From Marinicella sp. (GTDB lineage Bacteria; Pseudomonadota; Gammaproteobacteria; Xanthomonadales; Marinicellaceae), in the NCBI GenBank assembly GCA_965230295.1, contig OZ246001.1:1888001-1952000 (forward strand): 64,000 nucleotides of DNA. Reading direction: 5' to 3'. The notes under the pieces were generated by a model, which was not told where the DNA came from, searched no databases, and saw only the letters and a list, made by a program, of their open reading frames with translations. Positions 58,158-64,000 of the stretch are shown one piece after another (position 1 is the stretch's first letter; the number at the start of each line of letters is the position of its first letter). The position numbers were made by a program, and so were the translations under genes.

Positions 58158-58216
58158 CTAACAACCATTTATTTGATAAAGGATCAATTGGTCCATTTTT
58201 TTATTAGGAAGCAATC

Positions 58217-58702
58217 ATGACAGAAGAAAATCAAGCAGCAGCCAATGCTGAAAACCAAGGACCAACCATGTCTTTGCAAAAAATTTATACCAAAGACGTT
58301 TCATTTGAGGCACCCAAAGCGCCACATATTTTCAATGAAAAAGGTCAACCTGAAATCAAATTAAACATGAACCAAAAAGTCAACAAGTTGGACGATGCGA
58401 CTTTTGAAGTGGCTTTAACGGCGACAGTCACTTGTACTGTCAATGAAAAAACCGCTTATCTGGTAGAAGTGTGTGTGGCCGGTGTCTTCTCGATGCAAGG
58501 ATTTGATGACCAAGCATTACACCAAACTTTGGGCGTTTACTGCCCTAACGTATTGTTCCCTTACGTTCGCCAACAAGTCAGCGACATGGTCATGGCTGGT
58601 GGTTTCCAACCTTTGATGTTGCAACCGGTAAACTTTGAGCAAATGTACGCCCAACAAATGCAACAGGCACAAGAACAAGCTGCTTCAAGTACCAAGCAAT
58701 AA
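58217..58702 (+). CDS. secB: Protein-export chaperone SecB
   Basis: QKIYTKDVSFEAP, YCPNVLFPYVR, GGFQPL and PVNFE. Confidence 0.97.
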   Translation: MTEENQAAANAENQGPTMSLQKIYTKDVSFEAPKAPHIFNEKGQPEIKLNMNQKVNKLDDATFEVALTATVTCTVNEKTAYLVEVCVAGVFSMQGFDDQALHQTLGVYCPNVLFPYVRQQVSDMVMAGGFQPLMLQPVNFEQMYAQQMQQAQEQAASSTKQ

Positions 58703-59694
58703 TGAAATTTTCTGTACTAGGTGCAGGTTCCTGGGGAACGGCATTGGCGATGCAACTGTCGCGCAATCATGAAACCGTTCTCTGGGGACGAAACAAAGCT
58801 GGCATGGAAGCCATGCAACAAAGCAGAAGCAACGAACAATACCTTCCAGGTATCAAATTCCCCGAAAAACTGATCATCGAAACTGACTTGAACGCTGCCA
58901 TAGAGCAGTGTGAAGCGGTGTTGGTGGTTTGTCCCTCTCATGCATTTGGCGACATTCTGGAACAAATTAAACCGATGTTGGCACACCGGCCATTGGCTTG
59001 GGCCAGTAAAGGGTTTGAACCTGGAACCGGTCGGTTTTTGCATGAAGTGGCTGAAGACATCATAGGAAATTCTGTACCCATGGCCCTGGTTACAGGTCCT
59101 TCATTTGCCAAAGATGTGGCCATGAATAAACCAACGCTGGTGGCTGTGGCTTCTAACCATGAAGATTTTGCCATGCAAGTCAGTAAAGCACTGCACACCG
59201 ATAATTTTCGTGCCTACATTTCAACCGATGTGATTGGCGCAGAGTTGGGCGGTGCGGTGAAGAATGTCTTGGCATTGGCCACTGGAATCGCTGATGGTAT
59301 GCAACTGGGTGACAACACCCGTGCTGCATTGATGACTCGTGGCATGGCAGAAATGATGCGCTTGGGAGAGGCTTTAGGCTGTCGTCCTGAAACTTTGATG
59401 GGCTTATCCGGTTTGGGTGATTTGGTATTGACCTCAACCGGTGACTTGTCCAGAAACCGCCGCATGGGTTTGGCTTTGGGTCGTGGTGAAACCATCGAAC
59501 AAGCCAAACAAACGATTGGCCAGGTGGTTGAAGGCATAGGTACCACCGATGAAGTGATGCGGTTGGCCAGGAAACATGATGTGGACATGCCGATTACAGA
59601 GCATGTGTGGAAAGTGGTTCACGGTGAAATGACCACCATTGAAGCTTTGTCCGCTTTGATGGATCGAGACATCAGGCCAGAATTCACCAACTGA
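58702..59694 (+). CDS. gpsA: NAD(P)H-dependent glycerol-3-phosphate dehydrogenase
   Basis: GAGSWGTALA, SKGFE, GPSFA, GGAVKNV, GLGDLVLT and SRNR. Confidence 0.97.
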   Translation: MKFSVLGAGSWGTALAMQLSRNHETVLWGRNKAGMEAMQQSRSNEQYLPGIKFPEKLIIETDLNAAIEQCEAVLVVCPSHAFGDILEQIKPMLAHRPLAWASKGFEPGTGRFLHEVAEDIIGNSVPMALVTGPSFAKDVAMNKPTLVAVASNHEDFAMQVSKALHTDNFRAYISTDVIGAELGGAVKNVLALATGIADGMQLGDNTRAALMTRGMAEMMRLGEALGCRPETLMGLSGLGDLVLTSTGDLSRNRRMGLALGRGETIEQAKQTIGQVVEGIGTTDEVMRLARKHDVDMPITEHVWKVVHGEMTTIEALSALMDRDIRPEFTN

Positions 59695-59720
59695 TAATGG
59701 CCTATAGTTAAGTCAGACTC

Positions 59721-59748
59721 AAGGAAGACCTCCGTGTCTTCCTTTTTT
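59721..59748 (+). terminator. Rho-independent terminator after gpsA
   Basis: AAGGAAGAC-CTCCGT-GTCTTCCTT followed by TTTT. Confidence 0.75.
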
Positions 59749-59759
59749 GTGTCTGGTAA

Positions 59760-60773
59760 TTATTTTATTGGCTGATATATGTAGGTCATGATTTCAGCTT
59801 CAGACACAGTGGTCGGGTCGTTGGCATAGATTTCCCAGATGTTGCCATTGGTTTCCAGTTCATGCTCTTCGATATAGGCCCTGATCAGTTCATGAGAAGC
59901 ATCGCCCTGGTCATACGGGCCCATTTGGATGTACTTGACCGCCTTGCCGGCATAAGTCTGCCCCAGTTGAATCTCGCCGGTTTCACCTTCAACGCTGTCA
60001 ATCAGTACAGGTATGGCGGCATCAAACGCCCAAGACTCATTATCAAAACTGCGTGTTAATGTCATTGGCATGCCGGCAAAATCGATGCCGTTGGTTTGCA
60101 TGAAGGCGGTGATTTGGCCATAGGCTTGGCCCATGATGGCGCTGACATCTTCATCCATTTTGGCTTCCGTGGCCACATAGAGGATGTTTTGCGCGGCGAC
60201 TTCTTCTATACTGAAACCGGAAAAATCGTAAACTTTTTGTGCTTCAACCAAGGCTTTTAAATTACCCAATCCAGCTTCATATTGAGGACCTAACATGCGG
60301 TCCATCATTAAGCCGAAATACCGGCCCAAGACATTGCCATTGAAATCGGCATTAAAAATCCATGACACATCAGATGAGTCGCCCTTGTCAACAATTTTTA
60401 TGGTGGCCCATGAAGGGTCGTCACCTTGGCCATCAAAATACAATTCAGTTTTGATGCTTTCATATGGGTTGGATTCTATGATTTCTTGTTTACCACTGCC
60501 GACTTCTTCATTGCCTGACCATGACATTTTAGAGCCGACGCCTTTGGCCGGACCACTGAATTCATAGGTCGCATTCGGGTCCACTTTGACCCAGGGTGAC
60601 CATTGGTTGAAAGTGTGCATGGAATTAACGGTTTTGAAAACCATTTTGGCTGGTCGATCAATGGTGATAGAGCGACTGACTTGAACTTTGTCTTCGAGGA
60701 AGAAAAAACCATACGCAAAGAATGCAATCACTAAAAACAGCAATGCAAAGAATAGATACTTAAAAACTCTCAT
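59760..60773 (-). CDS. SRPBCC + GyrI-like domain protein with N-terminal membrane anchor
   Basis: VSRSITI, WSPW, GVGSKMSW, YEAGLGNLK, then GPY and WEIYANDP. Start placed at MRVFKY. Confidence 0.85.
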   Translation of the reverse strand: MRVFKYLFFALLFLVIAFFAYGFFFLEDKVQVSRSITIDRPAKMVFKTVNSMHTFNQWSPWVKVDPNATYEFSGPAKGVGSKMSWSGNEEVGSGKQEIIESNPYESIKTELYFDGQGDDPSWATIKIVDKGDSSDVSWIFNADFNGNVLGRYFGLMMDRMLGPQYEAGLGNLKALVEAQKVYDFSGFSIEEVAAQNILYVATEAKMDEDVSAIMGQAYGQITAFMQTNGIDFAGMPMTLTRSFDNESWAFDAAIPVLIDSVEGETGEIQLGQTYAGKAVKYIQMGPYDQGDASHELIRAYIEEHELETNGNIWEIYANDPTTVSEAEIMTYIYQPIK

Positions 60774-60917
60774 ATTGAATTCCCTAGGTTTTATTTGGCT
60801 TAAATGATAGCATATTACTGAAGAAATAAATGAAGTCACATTCAGTATTTTTGGAATGTAAATCAAACCATAAAAACAGCAGCCAAGTGGCTGTTGAAAC
60901 AAACATGACAGGGGGTT

Positions 60918-62354
60918 ATGGATACCATGAACACCATCTTGACTTATGCTGAAAATTACTTGCTCGAAAGTTTGATTCTGAGCCTGTTTCTGGGCATCCT
61001 GATCACAGTTCTTGCGGCTTGGTATTGGTGGCGACGCAACAAACAGGCAGTCATTGATGCGGCTGCAGAAAAACACCTGGGCGTAGAACAACTACAGGCT
61101 CAACAAATGGAACAGCTCCAAGCCACAAATGATGAAATGGTGGGCGAAATTGAGGCCAACGAAGAAGAGCTGTTGAGGTTGAATAAGTTGGCAGTGAAGT
61201 TGGGCGAACAATACAAATACAGCCAACAAAAAGCAGGTCATGCCGAACAACTGCAAGAAGAATTGAGTAAAGCGGAAATCAAGTTGACCCAGATGCGTTC
61301 AGAAGTTGAGCACCAACAACAAAGGTTTGAGCAACAAAATGAATTTCTGGAACGTTCTAAAACCTTGTTAGCAGATCACTTCACCACGTTGAGCCAAAAA
61401 ATTCTGGAAGAAAAGACGGCCAAGTTCTCAAATAAAAACAAAGAACAAATGGACCAGGTGGTTAATCCGCTGAGCAAACAATTGAAAGAGTTTCAGGAGT
61501 TGGTACAAAACACCAGCACCCAAGGCTTGGCGCAGCAGAAGTCATTAAAGATGGAGATCGAGCGGATTTACCAGCTCAACCAGGAGCTCAGTCAAAAGGC
61601 TGAGAACCTGACCAATGCCCTGACTTCGGAAAGCAAAACCCAGGGTAACTGGGGTGAATTGATCTTACATCGCTTGCTGGAAGTGGCTGGTTTGGAACAA
61701 GGTCGTGAGTACGAAACTGAAATGAGCTTCACCAATGAGGATCAAAAACGTTTTCGTCCGGATGTGTTGATTCATTTGCCACAAGAAAAATCGTTGATCG
61801 TGGATGCCAAAGTTTCACTGACTGCTTTCGAACGGTATGTGAATGCCGAGTCGGATCAAGAACGGCAGGAGCAGTTGAAACAACATGTTCAGTCCATGCA
61901 AACCCACATCAAAAATCTGTCAGAAAAAGCCTACCAAAACATCGAACAATTGGATTCATTGGATTTTGTCTTGATGTTTGTGCCGGTTGAATCGGCCTTT
62001 CTAGAAGCGGTCAATTCACAACCCAGTTTACTGGAAGATGCCTACAAGAAAAATGTGTTGATCTTGTCGGCAAGTAATTTACTGGCCACCTTAAGAACTG
62101 TGATGGTGTTGTGGCAGAACGAGAACCAAAATAAAAATGCCCAAGTGATTGCTGACAAGGCCGGTAAAATGTATGACAAGTTGGTCGGCTTTGTCGATGA
62201 TTTGAACCAAATCAAACAGCGCATCGGCCAGGCCGATGATGCCTGGCATGCCGCGGAAAACAAACTGAAAAGTGGCCGAGGTAACCTGATCCGTCAAGCA
62301 GAAAACCTCAAACAACTGGGCGCCAGAAATTCTAAAAATTTACCTGCAGATTGA
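60918..62354 (+). CDS. rmuC: DNA recombination protein RmuC
   Basis: TM helix and coiled coil. KTQGNWGE, RPDV, IVDAKVSL, DFVLMFVPVE and GRGNL. Confidence 0.95.
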   Translation: MDTMNTILTYAENYLLESLILSLFLGILITVLAAWYWWRRNKQAVIDAAAEKHLGVEQLQAQQMEQLQATNDEMVGEIEANEEELLRLNKLAVKLGEQYKYSQQKAGHAEQLQEELSKAEIKLTQMRSEVEHQQQRFEQQNEFLERSKTLLADHFTTLSQKILEEKTAKFSNKNKEQMDQVVNPLSKQLKEFQELVQNTSTQGLAQQKSLKMEIERIYQLNQELSQKAENLTNALTSESKTQGNWGELILHRLLEVAGLEQGREYETEMSFTNEDQKRFRPDVLIHLPQEKSLIVDAKVSLTAFERYVNAESDQERQEQLKQHVQSMQTHIKNLSEKAYQNIEQLDSLDFVLMFVPVESAFLEAVNSQPSLLEDAYKKNVLILSASNLLATLRTVMVLWQNENQNKNAQVIADKAGKMYDKLVGFVDDLNQIKQRIGQADDAWHAAENKLKSGRGNLIRQAENLKQLGARNSKNLPAD

Positions 62355-62366
62355 TTCAGTGGTGGC

Positions 62367-63998
62367 TTAGACCACCACTGATCCATCTTTGTCTTCTTGC
62401 GGAACTGGCGCCGTGGTTCCGCCTTGTCTTTGGTAGCCATAGATTCTGATGAACCTGTATTTCATGTTTTCTAACAAAGCGTACAAAGCAGGAATCAGTA
62501 TCAAGGTGATGACGGTGGCGAACAAAATGCCAAAAGCCAATGACACGGCCATCGGGATGATGACTTTGGCCTGTAATGATTGTTCGAACATGATGGGTAA
62601 CAAACCAAAGAAGGTGGTCAGGGAGGTCAATAAGATGGCACGGAATCTTTTGCTGCCTGCATGCTTCACCGCTTCGATGATGTTGACCCCGTGGGCACGT
62701 TCTTTGTTGATGTAATCCACCATCACCAATGAATCATTGACCACCACACCAGTCAGGGCAATCACCCCGAAAATCGACATCATGCTGAAGGTCATGCCCA
62801 ACAACAAATGGCCCACAATGGCACCGGTGATGCCAAAAGGGATCACCGTCATGATGATCAGTGGTTGGGCATAGGACTTTAATGGTATGGCCAACAACAC
62901 AAAGATCAACAGCATGGCAAAGCCCATGCCCACTTGTAAGTTGTTCAGCAAATTGGTCATTTCTTTACTGGTACCGTCCAAATCAAAAGTGATGTCCGGG
63001 TATTCAGGCACGATGGGTTGGCCTGGTTGTGGCATCAACTGACCAATGATGGCTTGCGGATCGCCAATGGCTTTGTCCACCATGGCGGTGATGCGGGCGG
63101 CCCGTTTGCGGTTGACCCGCTCAATGGAGTTGGCGGCCTTGCCTAAATTGACTTCGGCCACGGTGTGCAGTGGTAATTCATCGCCGGCACTGGTGCGAAT
63201 GCGCAATTCATCCAAAGATTTCAAAGATTCTCTGGTGGCACGGTCATAGCGCAACATCACTTTCACTTCATCATTGCCGCGTTGTAGGCGTTGTACTTCT
63301 TCACCGTAATAAGACTGTCTGATTTGACGGGCCAAATCTGATTGGCTCAAGCCCAAATTGCGACCAACTGGTTTGATCGATAATTCAATTTCGTCCTTAC
63401 CGGCTTCGATCGAGTTTCTGACATCAGAAACACCTTTGAATCCTTTCAATTTTTCGGCCAATGTCTCAGCGGCCAAACGCAATTCTTCGGTGTCACTGCC
63501 CACCAGCTTCAGGCTGACATCCGGACCCTGTCCTGGGCCCGTGAGTGACATGGTACCAATGTGGGTGGCGCCTGGAATTTCGCCGATGTATTCCGTCCAA
63601 CGCTTGAGCATTTCCTTGCCATCGATGACGGTGTTTTCTTCCTTCACCAGTTCGACAATGACTTTACCGGAAATTTGGGAATCCAGAAATGACAGCCGGT
63701 GGGTGAACACCGCACCACTTTCTTTACCCACTTCACGGCTGACATCGGCATCCAATCGAATCAAAGCTTGTTCAACCCGCTGTAACACCTCTTCGCTGCG
63801 TTCCTGTGGTGTGCCCTGTGCCATGGCAAAGTCTGCCTGCACAAAATCAGCGACAAAATCTGGCATCATTACAAACCTGACAATGCCATTGGCCATCAAG
63901 CCAATACTGAGCACCAAAATGCCAAAAAATGCCGTGAATGTCACCCCGGGTCGCCTGATGGCTTTTTCCATGATCGGTTTGTAATGGTGTTTGATGAT
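62367..63998 (-). CDS. RND efflux transporter permease, C-terminal half (truncated by the window edge)
   Basis: GEEVQR, SYAQPLIIM, GVVVNDSLV, RFRAILLTSLTT and PMAVSLAFG. Confidence 0.92.
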   Translation of the reverse strand: MIKHHYKPIMEKAIRRPGVTFTAFFGILVLSIGLMANGIVRFVMMPDFVADFVQADFAMAQGTPQERSEEVLQRVEQALIRLDADVSREVGKESGAVFTHRLSFLDSQISGKVIVELVKEENTVIDGKEMLKRWTEYIGEIPGATHIGTMSLTGPGQGPDVSLKLVGSDTEELRLAAETLAEKLKGFKGVSDVRNSIEAGKDEIELSIKPVGRNLGLSQSDLARQIRQSYYGEEVQRLQRGNDEVKVMLRYDRATRESLKSLDELRIRTSAGDELPLHTVAEVNLGKAANSIERVNRKRAARITAMVDKAIGDPQAIIGQLMPQPGQPIVPEYPDITFDLDGTSKEMTNLLNNLQVGMGFAMLLIFVLLAIPLKSYAQPLIIMTVIPFGITGAIVGHLLLGMTFSMMSIFGVIALTGVVVNDSLVMVDYINKERAHGVNIIEAVKHAGSKRFRAILLTSLTTFFGLLPIMFEQSLQAKVIIPMAVSLAFGILFATVITLILIPALYALLENMKYRFIRIYGYQRQGGTTAPVPQEDKDGSVVV

Positions 63999-64000
63999 GT

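Noticed and set aside
57575-58216. Absence of gpmM and grxC around envC-rhodanese-secB
   Set aside because: It differs from the E. coli order but is ordinary lineage variation, with no sign of a pseudogene.
60774-61091. N-terminal extension of the SRPBCC-GyrI ORF
   Set aside because: It overlaps rmuC on the opposite strand. The ATG at 60773 has an RBS-like AGGGA and starts a typical anchor.

Overview
A mostly housekeeping and peptide-scavenging chromosomal segment of a gammaproteobacterium. A Marinicella-like, Xanthomonadales-related lineage is inferred from gene order and secreted-protein tails, not from a search. Recognisable genes: bioB, bioF, upp, ggt, cca, slt, rdgC, slyD, iaaA, envC, rhodanese-secB-gpsA, rmuC, a partial RND permease, several secreted hydrolases, a 1495-aa glycosyltransferase and an ECF sigma/anti-sigma/HEAT-repeat operon. 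I saw no tRNA, rRNA, CRISPR array, integrase or transposase. The most interesting signals are non-coding or very small: (1) a stand-alone 95-aa GIY-YIG nuclease flanked by CGTC/GTCAT palindromic repeats that also occur alone elsewhere, an arrangement like RAYT/REP systems; (2) a second dispersed hairpin family with a conserved CGGTT/WGAAG internal loop and covarying stems (at least 8 copies, including a ~112-bp tandem array between bioB and bioF) that looks like a structured ssDNA element; (3) a shared C-terminal D-x-[IV]-F-x-x-[GD]-[FY]-E tail on three unrelated secreted proteins, a candidate sorting signal; (4) two tandem ~60-aa [DE]RR-repeat proteins, candidate c-di-GMP sponges, one absent from the ORF track; (5) an orphan ~85-nt sRNA candidate. 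All family assignments come from motif recognition by eye; no database searches were run.
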